A stretch of DNA of 64,000 bases from Anthoceros angustus. Its lineage: Eukaryota; Plantae; Anthocerotophyta. Both the position numbers and the translations under genes were made by a program. This document shows, in pieces, positions 10,146 through 22,698 of this stretch. The notes below the pieces were generated by a model. That model saw only the letters and a list, made by a program, of their open reading frames with translations. It did no database searches and was not told the DNA's origin. Every line of letters begins with the position of its first letter. Position 1 is the stretch's first letter. The DNA is taken from contig MU008209.1 in NCBI GenBank assembly GCA_010909165.1, positions 1 to 64,000 of the forward strand, read 5' to 3'.

Positions 10146-11899
10146 TTCAAAATTCACAGCTGGTGGAATTGAAGCATCTTCTCTGGAGATGTGTTGAACG
10201 AACTGGCCAGCAGGATTGGGCCACGGCTTCTAACCCTGCTGCTTTGAAGGATATTCGAAGGTGGCTTCAGCAACTTATGTTTGACGGGATGCAGGATATT
10301 TTTCACGTTCGCTTGTTGGGGATTGACGCTGACGGAGATGGCAGTGGGGACCTCCCACGGTGATCTCTTCTCTGGAGGATTTCGAGAGGATGAAGAAACG
10401 GCTCTCAAGCGGATGGATAGGGTGTGGGCTAAGTGGGGATTACCCCCAGGGTCCCATTTCCCGACTCTGATTACCTGGAGGCTCGGCTGGTCAGCATTTC
10501 TTCGTGGGGCTGCTGCTTGACTGTCGTTCTGAGCTTTTGAAGCTGAAGGAAGTCATCACGGATACACGGAGAAGAGCTCGAGATGACCTCTCTACTTTAG
10601 ATATGCATTTGTGGCTCATAGAGCAGTTCACTGCTGTGCATTTTGTTTTACCTGGGGTGGAGACTCGTTGGAAGGCTTCCTTGGCCCAGGATTTACACGA
10701 TATAGGTGAGCAGGTGGCTGCCGGGACCCCTGATTTGCGTTGGCTTCAGGAGATTTTTGAATTGGGGTGCAGGTTCGTTTGGGCCTCAAGCATGGGTCTT
10801 TAACTCCCGAGCAGGTGAACTCATTCAAGACCAATCTGCAGGACTGTGTTCGCCGTGCTGAACAGGTGTAGGGCTCCAAGTCCGTTATATCCTGGAGTCA
10901 ATTTGCTCCTGGTTGAAGGAGATGCAGTAATCGCTGTACCCCGCGGCTGCTTGCTCTTTCTTGTCTCTTTGTTTGCCTTCGGTTTCCACGCATGATTTCG
11001 GGTCTTGCCACCCCATATTTATGTAGAGACTTGACATGGAAATCAAGGAATTCCTTGAGTAGAGCAGAGTGACACAACACAATATACAAGAGGTAGGTAC
11101 TTGATCCCATCAAACAATAGACCCTGACCAGAAAGTGTGTGATTAATCCTGCAAAGTGAAAAGCCTTGCACTCTAAGTCTCCTGAAGCTAATTTGTCCCT
11201 GAATAGCAGCAGTGAATGCAATGAACCTGGGTCATTTAGAGAATGCGATGGCGATGTAAGAGGTAGAGAGATACATCCCTCTTGTACATGTTCATTACAA
11301 TGCTTCGCCAACATACGGTTGGGACTTGCATCGCTCTACTGAAAGTGCATTTCAACAGTTTCTCACGACATGCACCAGTTTGCAGACGGCTAGCCGGCAT
11401 TTTGCAGACGGCCAGCCCTGGGTCTAGACAGCAGGGTAGGCGGACTCATGTGCAGATCCTTGAAAGAGGGCTCGAGGCTGACATCCTGATTGGCCACACC
11501 TTGGTGTACATGTATGCTGAGTTGAGCACGGTGGAGGCACAGTGTGTGTTTGACCGGTTTCTGGATAGAGAGTTGCAATATGGCCAGCACTGCATGGATA
11601 TATATGAATCATCTGATTCTTAGCTATGGCCAGCAAGAGAGTGCCAAATGGCCATTTCCTATTTTGAGGAGATGAAACAACGTGAGGTGAACCTGATGTG
11701 AAGACTTTCACATCGATATCCCTGCGCGGCCTGCAGTCATGTGGGCTTGCGATTGGATCGGAATGCAGCTCGGCAGTATGTTAAAGCAACGACGTGAAAC
11801 TCAACAGGCTACTAGCTATGTGCTCATATCCAATATTTATTCACATAGTGGCAGCTGGGAGGAAGCAAACATAATACACCATATGAGAAAATCTGCTGG
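10146..11899. repeat. Inverted copy of 6143-7938
   Basis: ORFs 10504-10803(+) and 11282-11623(+) mirror 7387-7584(-) and 6423-6764(-). Confidence 0.92.
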
Positions 11900-12315
11900 T
11901 GGTTAAAAGAAGCCTGCAAAGGCAATCATTGAAGTGGAGAAGAGTGTCCATGAATACGTTGTGGGAGACAAGAGGGATGATATTTCTCGGCCCAAGCTAC
12001 GGAGTCTGAATCAAAGGCTGGGGCACGAAACGTTCTTCATCCAAAGTTTGTGTTGCCAGGTGATGATGAGAGAGGATTCTATGTGTGGACGTCGACATGC
12101 TGATCATGAGAAACTGGCCTTTGGCTTTGGTCTGCTCAATACACCTTGAGGCATACCACTTTTGATCACTTAAGATCTTCGAATGTGCAAGCATTTCCAT
12201 AGCATCACCAATATCATCTCCAGAGTTGAACAAGCGAGAGATTGTAATCCGAGATGGGCACCGTGTCCATCATTTTCAGGATGGGGTATGTTTCTGTGGA
12301 AACAATTTGACATGA
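11380..12315 (+). pseudogene. PPR pseudogene with E and degenerate DYW:KP-type domain
   Basis: KKPAKAIIEVEKSVHEYVVGD, HEKLAFGFGLLNTP*, RMCKHFH (CxxC lost) and IRDGHRVHHFQDGVCFCGNN. Contains stops and frameshifts. Confidence 0.8.
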
Positions 12316-12495
12316 GCCTGCTGCCTTGCCCGATGTGGATATCCCGGCGAGCCAGGAAGCTGACATCGTGGGCGTTGTGCAAGGGAATGGTTGGAGTTCA
12401 GCCAAGTTCAGCAGGAGACGATGGTGGCCCACTGGACACATTCCATCACTCCTTTTTTACTGCTGTGAGAAAACCATTTTTGGAGGAAGTCATCA

Positions 12496-14630
12496 CTAGA
12501 CACGTAATACTGTTGAAGCAACAATGTTGAACATTTCAAAGAAGTGCTCAGAATTTAAGAACGCAAGCCAGTCACTGCTGTAAGTCAGGTCCAGTTATGT
12601 CAATCGCACATTGCCTCGTAGCTAGCATGTTTCTATCTGCTTCACCCACTGCGCTAATCGTGACAAGTCATCTTAGGCAGAGACTAACAGTAGATTGGAT
12701 GGTGAAGATTTGATTAAGTTGTACACAGCACTTACCACCTCTGCCGTCCAGTTGGTGGGATACCCGTGAATTCGCATCTTGCGGCACCTTCGAGCTCCTC
12801 CATCGTCTTCTCTGTGGGTGCCCCAAGAATAACGCCCCTCATCATACAATCAACAGACCACTGGGGGGGCAGCTTAATGCTCTCCACTTCCGGCCCAAAG
12901 ACTTCCTGAGGAGGCAGAATCCCTGTAAGCCTGTCCACTGTCGTCGGCAAACATTGATTGTTATCGGCCTGATTTGCTTGACCTGTGCAATTCTCTCGGC
13001 CACCATATTTCTGCCTCTCTGGCCCTATGTCCGGTTCCTCATGCTGCTCCATCCGAGGTGGCCACACCTGTTCCATGCTGACAGGTAAGATTCTTGACAA
13101 AGGGAATTCTCGATATGTAAAGGGGGACAACCTGAAGCTCTAAATACCTTCAGCAACGTTGTCGGATTCCAATAGTCTTCAATATTATCCTGATACCAAT
13201 TACCCTCGTCCTGAATAGCTTGATTAGGATCCATTCCCTCATTCCCAACCCCTTGAGCACCCAATTGAATGGTCTCTAGGTGAACAGCAGCATGCTGGCT
13301 GCATGATCCTTCATAACCCTGAACGCCACCCTGTTTCCTAAGGCTCCGAGCTTCAAGAAATGGCACAGCAGTGGAATTCAAGTTGACAGTTGAACCCGTG
13401 ACCGACGGTGTTAAATTCAGATCGGCTTCAAGGTTATCCTGATTCCGATTATCCTCGTCCTGAATACCTTGATTAGGATCAATTCCTCATTCCCAACCCA
13501 GTTGACATCCTCTTGAATGACCTGTTGGTTAACAGCAGCCGCATGCTTGCTGAATGGCCCCTCATTAACCTGAACGCCATCTTGCATACTACATTTCCGA
13601 GCTTCAAGAACCAGATCAGCCCACTTCAAGGGGATACCCTTCATGGTGCTCTTCTTCAAGGGATATCCAAATGCTGGCCTTGGACATCACCAGTGGCTCG
13701 GGGCCCCTAGTGCCTTGGTCTGTTCCTAGACCCTTTGGGTCGACCGCTGGGGGCATTGTCACACTAGCTGCGGCTTCTGCATTCCTCGGGTTGGCTGAAG
13801 CTGTCGCATCCCCTTCTGGACCTGTGGATGCCAAGCGGGAATCACATTCCATCACCATCAAGACCTTGACACAAGCTCAAACTCTCCGGCTCTGCAGGAG
13901 AAGGCGAAGAACCCCGGCCTGTGCCCTGTAATTTTCGGCTCCAAATCACTCAGCTCCAAATCACCATCACCCATCATGTAGCGTTCTATGCGATTCAACA
14001 TCTCCGAGTCTCCACACGATGCTCTGCAAGCAAGTTCATTCCTTGCCCAAACATAATCTGTATGGTCCATTGCGCATGCGTCCCCTTCGTTGTCGGTTCC
14101 AGGAGCTTCTATACCCCTTGGACTTTCCTGGCCATGCAAAGCGCCACCTTCCTCCATCTCCTCATTCTTCCTCCTTCGCTTGTGCCTCGGGACCGGTACT
14201 TTCAACAAGCGGGCATTGTCGACTTCAGCTTCAGGAATGGGATGCTGCAAATCATAGTGGGCAACATCCCTACCTCTGCGGGCTTGTCCTTAGATCCTTT
14301 GGGAAGCCCAGGACCTGGCCTACCTCCGTCCTCTAAGTTGATGGGCTTGTTCTTGGATCCTTTGAGGCGCCTACGACGCTTGAGGGAAACTTCTTTCTCC
14401 TGCTCGACAGCTGCTCTGGCCTCTCCTTGAGATCCACCTGCAACTGTTCCGGCTCCTGCAACTCCAGGATTAGCTTTGGAATCCACCGGTGCAGGTTCCT
14501 TCCTCCACCCCAATGGACGACCGCGACGGCGACGGGGAATTTGCGCAGCTGCGGCTCCTGTAGAGCTCGGGTTGCCAGCTGCAGCTGTCGTCACATCCTC
14601 AGAGCTGGGCGCTGCAGCTTCTGGATCCAT
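12496..14630 (-). pseudogene. AT-hook protein paralog B, frameshifted in this copy
   Basis: ORFs 14202-14630, 13858-14250, 13417-13659, 13025-13381 and 12732-13130 are colinear with paralog A. Conserved intron 12578-12735 and exon SDWLAFLNSEHFFEMFNIVA. Confidence 0.75.
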
Positions 14631-14919
14631 TGGCAGGCCTGGCGAACCCCTTAGGCAGCCTTCAGTACATGGAGCTCTCCACCGCTCACTGCAGCTGTAG
14701 ATGCCGGAAGCCGGGCCTCACTTCCCATCACCACAAGCTCCACAGAAGCTCGCGCCTAAGAAAAACTGAAGCTCCCCTGTGCCCTGGATTCGGCTGCAAT
14801 CATTCCCTCCAAACAGCGGACTTCAAAATCACCTACAAGATCCATATGAATATATGAAGACCTATAAGCTCTCATGAATACCTATATCGCTAATTGCAGG
14901 CCCTACATAACATACATAT

Positions 14920-15407
14920 AGTAACACCCCTTTCAGCGAGGTGGGGCAGTCACGCAGTTAGCTAGGCCTCCAAGTAGCCCGCCGTCCTTCCACGGGACGA
15001 CTCGCAGTCAGCACATCTGCTGCTATTTATTCCAGCAAGAGTCAACAAGAATACATGAGATCGAGAGCTCCCCATCTTTGCCTAAGCTAGGAGCTTAGCC
15101 TCTCCCCGATCTCCTCCTCAACAGCCTCCCCAGCACGCTCACACTCTGGGCTCCCAAGGCCTCTAGGCACCACAGCCCCTATCCTCAAGAGTGTAGCTCC
15201 CAAGTGCTAGAATCACAAGATATATCTCTAGGGCTAGCCTCATCTCCTTATATAGGAGGCTTACATCATTTCCAAAGTAATCGCTAAAAGGACTTTCTTC
15301 CTTAAGCCCTAAGCTAAGTCTTACCACCACTACTTACAACTTACTAACTAGATCCGTGGCTGCATGCTTCTCATGCAAGGCTCGTTACTCATATGGCAAT
15401 TGTCACA
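14920..15407 (-). mobile_element. Solo-LTR-like sequence (copies at ~21922-22409 and ~25430-25940)
   Basis: On the minus strand: TGTGAC start, CCTATATAAGG, AATAAA and a ...CTCGCTGAAAGGGGTGTTAC end. The same terminal motif recurs at 44558-44588. No TSD found. Confidence 0.45.
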
Positions 15408-16554
15408 AAATTCCTCTTAAAGTTTGATAGCCACGCTATATAACCCGTGGTAGGCCCCATCACTTAACTCTCATTTAACAAGGTTTCTTTTTGCACACTT
15501 GGACCCCTTTTGCACTTGAAAAATCCATTATAATCGCTTTTTGATATTTCTCTGCACATGTTACCCAACCTTTTGAATAATTGTTTTGATACACGTTATT
15601 TGATATTGTAGATTGCAAGTACGTGGCAAAAAACCTAAAGTCCCATTCTCGCTTTTTTCAAATCGACACAAGTCACAAAAACTTATGCACTTACATCTAA
15701 TGCCCAACATCTAGCAATCATTGCGGTGTTGGACGATACAAACATTTAGAGTTTTTAGGGCTTGTCAGAACTCTAGTGTGCAAACTTGTTGCACTACCTT
15801 TCATTCATACTAGTCAATCCTATGACTATACTCTCGCCCGAGAATTTTACAGACTTTGTTCCTTAGACATTGGGACAATAATATCTTCTTTGGCCTCGAT
15901 GCTCTTGATCCACGCCTAGTGCGAGAATGAGAGTGGCATGGTCAGACTTAGAGCCGGGTCCACACCAAACGCCTCAAGATTCAAAAGATGCAAAAGGTTC
16001 TCACTACTAGTTCAAAGTTTTAACCACTAGAAAAAGATGAGGGTTAAGTAAAGATAAGAATATATCCACATTAGGGAGCTACACAAAAGGTTGAAAACGC
16101 CGAAAGGAACCCTTTAAAACAATAAAAAATATCAAAACAAATACAAAAATGAAAAAATTGTCAAACTTTTATAGCAAGTGCGCATTTGCCTCAAAAAACT
16201 GGACTTTTTGTAATTTTTAAGGGTGTTTAGGGTTTTTTAGACTTTTGCTCTTTTTCTGGATGAACCGTCTGAATGCACTAGGAGGCATGAACCATTTGGG
16301 TTCATGCTCCCGTGCCCTTCTTGACCTTGGGTGCGCGCACTTGTGTGCACACTTGGCCTCCTTGTTCTCGGTGCGCACACTGCGCGCACTCCCCCTTGCC
16401 TCGGTGCGCGCACAAGTGCACCTGCATCCTGCCCCCCTGGTGCGCGCGGCACCGGCCCTCCTGCCCCGTGCACCACGCCCTGCTGGTGGTGCTTGTGGCG
16501 CACCCGGCCCCTTGCCCCCGGTGCATGCACTTGTTCACCCACCGGCCCCTAGCA

Positions 16555-17471
16555 TGTTTGATGATAACCCGGTACTAGGTCACCGAAAGAGACGGAAACA
16601 CCGTAAAGAACAAAAAAGGGATAGGGTGTTCTTCACGCATTAGGGCATAGGATAGGTATATAAGAGTGGTCTAAGTGAACCCGATGTCTACATTTGTTAT
16701 TTTGTCGAGTTCAGCATCCTCGACCGCCAAAAGGACATGCTTCCCCATTAGAAGATCATTTTTCGCGTTTTTGCACAAGCATGCACAAGTTTGCACATAG
16801 CGTTGTTTAGGCGCGCACTTATGCGCGCCTAGGCCCCTCGGTATACAAAACATACAAAACCACACAAAATGCAAAACTACGGACATGACGAAATTATGGA
16901 ACAATGAGGTCATCGGCCCTTCATCACACCGACTAAATCGCCATGAACCTCGAAGGCGCCGTGTGTAAATGATTGACAGAAGTGGAGCCACAGAATGCCC
17001 AAACCGATGGATGAACACCTACAAAACCAACAAAACCAAACCAACTTCAGCTTCCGGAATAGGGTTGGGATTTTTCCAAAACCCTTTGACAGGAGAAACC
17101 CTTTCTAAACAGACTCTATGGACAAATCCATATGTCCATGCCCATCTACATGCCACATGCCATACATCCACATGAACATACACGTGTCATGCACCCATGG
17201 CATCATCCATCATGCATCCTAGCTACACCTATAGCTTTATTATGTACACTCTTGTCACCCATGATACTGGTGAGGCAGATAGCTGTCCATGGCCACATTA
17301 GGTCACTAAGGTCTCAATCTTTGAAGCACTAAGCTTGTGGTTTGGATAAGCCACCAAAATAAGCTTATCACTTAAACATGTACTTATAAGCCTGCAAAAT
17401 AGGCTTATTGGCTAACTACCAAAGCCACAAAACAAAAAGAAGAACTTGGTAAAATCCTAATCCTAATAACA
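16555..17471 (-). mobile_element. Ty3/Gypsy LTR, ~917 bp (copies 19858-20774, 27134-28131, 30369-31872)
   Basis: TGTT...AACA termini. It is preceded on the minus strand by purine-rich GCAGGAGGGC(A) (clearest in the copies at 28131 and 31872) and lies directly downstream of the integrase remnant. Confidence 0.6.
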
Positions 17472-17849
17472 GCCCCGCAAAACTGGTGACCAAACATTAG
17501 CAAGGGAACCAGAGTTTGCACCTAGAGCTACCAAAACCAAACCACCGAGAAGCAAATCGCTTGGAGATGCTAGTCTCAGATTAGCGGGAGGAGGATGCAA
17601 ATCATCTTCCTCGCCGACATTGGCTCGGGCTTGATCTCCACCAATTCACCCGATGGGATGGTGCCGTCGAGTCGGATCACCGCCTTGGATAATCACCTCA
17701 TCAATGTAGGGGCGTGAGCGAGTTGCCAACTTGACATGCATCTTGATATGTGCCTGCAAATGACGCCTTTGTCTCACCGATTGCCGCCCGTGCTCGAGCA
17801 ACCGCCTGGTGCTCTTCACATGGCAGCCCTCCAAAAGATATCTAATCAA

Positions 17850-18560
17850 CATCAAACAACTCTCACAGCATCACCCCGCCGATGCAGAGTCGAGGTCGCA
17901 AACGGCACATGAGAAGGCCTTTGTTGCATCGATCAAGAGCAACATGAGCTCGGATCTATGATGTGGCCACATTTTTCACATGGTAAAATCGCTGGGAGGA
18001 ACCCAAACCCGAGGTCTTACTGTGGTATCGAGGTTGGGCAAGGCACGGGCCAAATGCTTCATGTGCTTTTGCACCGACGCCCATCACTCCCTTCAAGTTC
18101 AATGACCCTTGGTCTCCACTTGCACGACTCTAAGGATAAGCCTCCCGTTGCTCACATCCGTGGTGCCCGTAGGCCGCCGCAAGTAGACAAAATCTCCCGC
18201 CTAAAATTTTCGAGCCTTGGGTTTCACAAACCTCCACGAGTAAAGGCATAGCTAAGCTGGTCCCTATGTTGAGCAATGTCTAAGTTGTCCATTGCCATGG
18301 GCAACACCGCCTAATAACCGCCTCTTGCTTGTAGCTCTTGCAAACATGCATCCGAGTTGCTCGCCCATCTGGTTTTGAATGCGGGATGCAAGCATCCTAC
18401 CAATTCATTCCGCCCCTTGAAACATATGGGGCGCTATTAAGGACTTTTCTCTAATCCTCCGCCAAGGCTTATCATGCCTATAGGCGCGGTCATTCCCTCT
18501 CCCACTTTAAATAGTGAGTCTCAATTGCTCTTCAACGGGCCCTCTCCATGGCAATCATCT
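17850..18560 (-). mobile_element. Ty3/Gypsy integrase C-terminus fused to a PHD finger, degenerate (copies ~18770-19480, 28530-29280, 32250-33020)
   Basis: Read from the cleaner copies: LKQVLPMAMDNLDIAQHRDQLRYAFTRGG..PKARKF*AGDFVYL..TLDVSTGRLILRV, then LAPCHLPNLD and CEKCGHIIDPELMLLCDRCNKG...LTTVPAGDWYCESC. Confidence 0.8.
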
Positions 18561-18576
18561 ACAAAATGGTGATAGC

Positions 18577-18662
18577 AAGTGACGTATCATCTTTCTACCT
18601 CCGTAGTTTGTAGGACGAAGTGACGATCATCTTTCTACCTCAGTAGGTGGGATGGCAAGTGA
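18577..18662. repeat. ~38-40-bp tandem array (CAAGTGACGTATCATCTTTCTACCTCCGTAGTTTGTAGGA); fuller copies at 29289-29497 and 33029-33240
   Basis: About 5 units at 29.3 kb and at 33.0 kb. Here the array is cut by the palindrome centre. Confidence 0.92.
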
Positions 18663-21600
18663 CATATCACTTGCCATCCCACCTACTGAGGTAGAAAGAT
18701 GATCGTCACTTCGTCCTACAAACTACGGAGGTAGAAAGATGATACGTCACTTGCTATCACCATTTTGTAGATGATTGCCATGGAGAGGGCCCGTTGAAGA
18801 GCAATTGAGACTCACTATTTAAAGTGGGAGAGGGAATGACCGCGCCTATAGGCATGATAAGCCTTGGCGGAGGATTAGAGAAAAGTCCTTAATAGCGCCC
18901 CATATGTTTCAAGGGGCGGAATGAATTGGTAGGATGCTTGCATCCCGCATTCAAAACCAGATGGGCGAGCAACTCGGATGCATGTTTGCAAGAGCTACAA
19001 GCAAGAGGCGGTTATTAGGCGGTGTTGCCCATGGCAATGGACAACTTAGACATTGCTCAACATAGGGACCAGCTTAGCTATGCCTTTACTCGTGGAGGTT
19101 TGTGAAACCCAAGGCTCGAAAATTTTAGGCGGGAGATTTTGTCTACTTGCGGCGGCCTACGGGCACCACGGATGTGAGCAACGGGAGGCTTATCCTTAGA
19201 GTCGTGCAAGTGGAGACCAAGGGTCATTGAACTTGAAGGGAGTGATGGGCGTCGGTGCAAAAGCACATGAAGCATTTGGCCCGTGCCTTGCCCAACCTCG
19301 ATACCACAGTAAGACCTCGGGTTTGGGTTCCTCCCAGCGATTTACCATGTGAAAAATGTGGCCACATCATAGATCCGAGCTCATGTTGCTCTTGATCGAT
19401 GCAACAAAGGCCTTCTCATGTGCCGTTTGCGACCTCGACTCTGCATCGGCGGGGTGATGCTGTGAGAGTTGTTTGATGTTGATTAGATATCTTTTGGAGG
19501 GCTGCCATGTGAAGAGCACCAGGCGGTTGCTCGAGCACGGGCGGCAATCGGTGAGACAAAGGCGTCATTTGCAGGCACATATCAAGATGCATGTCAAGTT
19601 GGCAACTCGCTCACGCCCCTACATTGATGAGGTGATTATCCAAGGCGGTGATCCGACTCGACGGCACCATCCCATCGGGTGAATTGGTGGAGATCAAGCC
19701 CGAGCCAATGTCGGCGAGGAAGATGATTTGCATCCTCCTCCCCGCTAATCTGAGACTAGCATCTCCAAGCGATTTGCTTCTCGGTGGTTTGGTTTTGGTA
19801 GCTCTAGGTGCAAACTCTGGTTCCCTTGCTAATGTTTGGTCACCAGTTTTGCGGGGCTGTTATTAGGATTAGGATTTTACCAAGTTCTTCTTTTTGTTTT
19901 GTGGCTTTGGTAGTTAGCCAATAAGCCTATTTTGCAGGCTTATAAGTACATGTTTAAGTGATAAGCTTATTTTGGTGGCTTATCCAAACCACAAGCTTAG
20001 TGCTTCAAAGATTGAGACCTTAGTGACCTAATGTGGCCATGGACAGCTATCTGCCTCACCAGTATCATGGGTGACAAGAGTGTACATAATAAAGCTATAG
20101 GTGTAGCTAGGATGCATGATGGATGATGCCATGGGTGCATGACACGTGTATGTTCATGTGGATGTATGGCATGTGGCATGTAGATGGGCATGGACATATG
20201 GATTTGTCCATAGAGTCTGTTTAGAAAGGGTTTCTCCTGTCAAAGGGTTTTGGAAAAATCCCAACCCTATTCCGGAAGCTGAAGTTGGTTTGGTTTTGTT
20301 GGTTTTGTAGGTGTTCATCCATCGGTTTGGGCATTCTGTGGCTCCACTTCTGTCAATCATTTACACACGGCGCCTTCGAGGTTCATGGCGATTTAGTCGG
20401 TGTGATGAAGGGCCGATGACCTCATTGTTCCATAATTTCGTCATGTCCGTAGTTTTGCATTTTGTGTGGTTTTGTATGTTTTGTATACCGAGGGGCCTAG
20501 GCGCGCATAAGTGCGCGCCTAAACAACGCTATGTGCAAACTTGTGCATGCTTGTGCAAAAACGCGAAAAATGATCTTCTAATGGGGAAGCATGTCCTTTT
20601 GGCGGTCGAGGATGCTGAACTCGACAAAATAACAAATGTAGACATCGGGTTCACTTAGACCACTCTTATATACCTATCCTATGCCCTAATGCGTGAAGAA
20701 CACCCTATCCCTTTTTTGTTCTTTACGGTGTTTCCGTCTCTTTCGGTGACCTAGTACCGGGTTATCATCAAACATGCTAGGGGCCGGTGGGTGAACAAGT
20801 GCATGCACCGGGGGCAAGGGGCCGGGTGCGCCACAAGCACCACCAGCAGGGCGTGGTGCACGGGGCAGGAGGGCCGGTGCCGCGCGCACCAGGGGGGCAG
20901 GATGCAGGTGCACTTGTGCGCGCACCGAGGCAAGGGGGAGTGCGCGCAGTGTGCGCACCGAGAACAAGGAGGCCAAGTGTGCACACAAGTGCGCGCACCC
21001 AAGGTCAAGAAGGGCACGGGAGCATGAACCCAAATGGTTCATGCCTCCTAGTGCATTCAGACGGTTCATCCAGAAAAAGAGCAAAAGTCTAAAAAACCCT
21101 AAACACCCTTAAAAATTACAAAAAGTCCAGTTTTTTGAGGCAAATGCGCACTTGCTATAAAAGTTTGACAATTTTTTCATTTTTGTATTTGTTTTGATAT
21201 TTTTTATTGTTTTAAAGGGTTCCTTTCGGCGTTTTCAACCTTTTGTGTAGCTCCCTAATGTGGATATATTCTTATCTTTACTTAACCCTCATCTTTTTCT
21301 AGTGGTTAAAACTTTGAACTAGTAGTGAGAACCTTTTGCATCTTTTGAATCTTGAGGCGTTTGGTGTGGACCCGGCTCTAAGTCTGACCATGCCACTCTC
21401 ATTCTCGCACTAGGCGTGGATCAAGAGCATCGAGGCCAAAGAAGATATTATTGTCCCAATGTCTAAGGAACAAAGTCTGTAAAATTCTCGGGCGAGAGTA
21501 TAGTCATAGGATTGACTAGTATGAATGAAAGGTAGTGCAACAAGTTTGCACACTAGAGTTCTGACAAGCCCTAAAAACTCTAAATGTTTGTATCGTCCAA

Positions 21601-22698
21601 CACCGCAATGATTGCTAGATGTTGGGCATTAGATGTAAGTGCATAAGTTTTTGTGACTTGTGTCGATTTGAAAAAAGCGAGAATGGGACTTTAGGTTTTT
21701 TGCCACGTACTTGCAATCTACAATATCAAATAACGTGTATCAAAACAATTATTCAAAAGGTTGGGTAACATGTGCAGAGAAATATCAAAAAGCGATTATA
21801 ATGGATTTTTCAAGTGCAAAAGGGGTCCAAGTGTGCAAAAAGAAACCTTGTTAAATGAGAGTTAAGTGATGGGGCCTACCACGGGTTATATAGCGTGGCT
21901 ATCAAACTTTAAGAGGAATTTTGTGACAATTGCCATATGAGTAACGAGCCTTGCATGAGAAGCATGCAGCCACGGATCTAGTTAGTAAGTTGTAAGTAGT
22001 GGTGGTAAGACTTAGCTTAGGGCTTAAGGAAGAAAGTCCTTTTAGCGATTACTTTGGAAATGATGTAAGCCTCCTATATAAGGAGATGAGGCTAGCCCTA
22101 GAGATATATCTTGTGATTCTAGCACTTGGGAGCTACACTCTTGAGGATAGGGGCTGTGGTGCCTAGAGGCCTTGGGAGCCCAGAGTGTGAGCGTGCTGGG
22201 GAGGCTGTTGAGGAGGAGATCGGGGAGAGGCTAAGCTCCTAGCTTAGGCAAAGATGGGGAGCTCTCGATCTCATGTATTCTTGTTGACTCTTGCTGGAAT
22301 AAATAGCAGCAGATGTGCTGACTGCGAGTCGTCCCGTGGAAGGACGGCGGGCTACTTGGAGGCCTAGCTAACTGCGTGACTGCCCCACCTCGCTGAAAGG
22401 GGTGTTACTATATGTATGTTATGTAGGGCCTGCAATTAGCGATATAGGTATTCATGAGAGCTTATAGGTCTTCATATATTCATATGGATCTTGTAGGTGA
22501 TTTTGAAGTCCGCTGTTTGGAGGGAATGATTGCAGCCGAATCCAGGGCACAGGGGAGCTTCAGTTTTTCTTAGGCGCGAGCTTCTGTGGAGCTTGTGGTG
22601 ATGGGAAGTGAGGCCCGGCTTCCGGCATCTACAGCTGCAGTGAGCGGTGGAGAGCTCCATGTACTGAAGGCTGCCTAAGGGGTTCGCCAGGCCTGCCA

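Noticed and set aside
15450-16000. Possible reverse-transcriptase-like peptide (VFVTCVDLKK) on the minus strand
   Set aside because: Too short and interrupted by stops, with no further RT motifs.
16237-16643. Cluster of overlapping ORFs in several frames (and their mirrors at 20686-21092 and 26786-27246)
   Set aside because: They arise from a stop-poor GC-rich block, have no recognisable domain, and frames are not conserved between copies.
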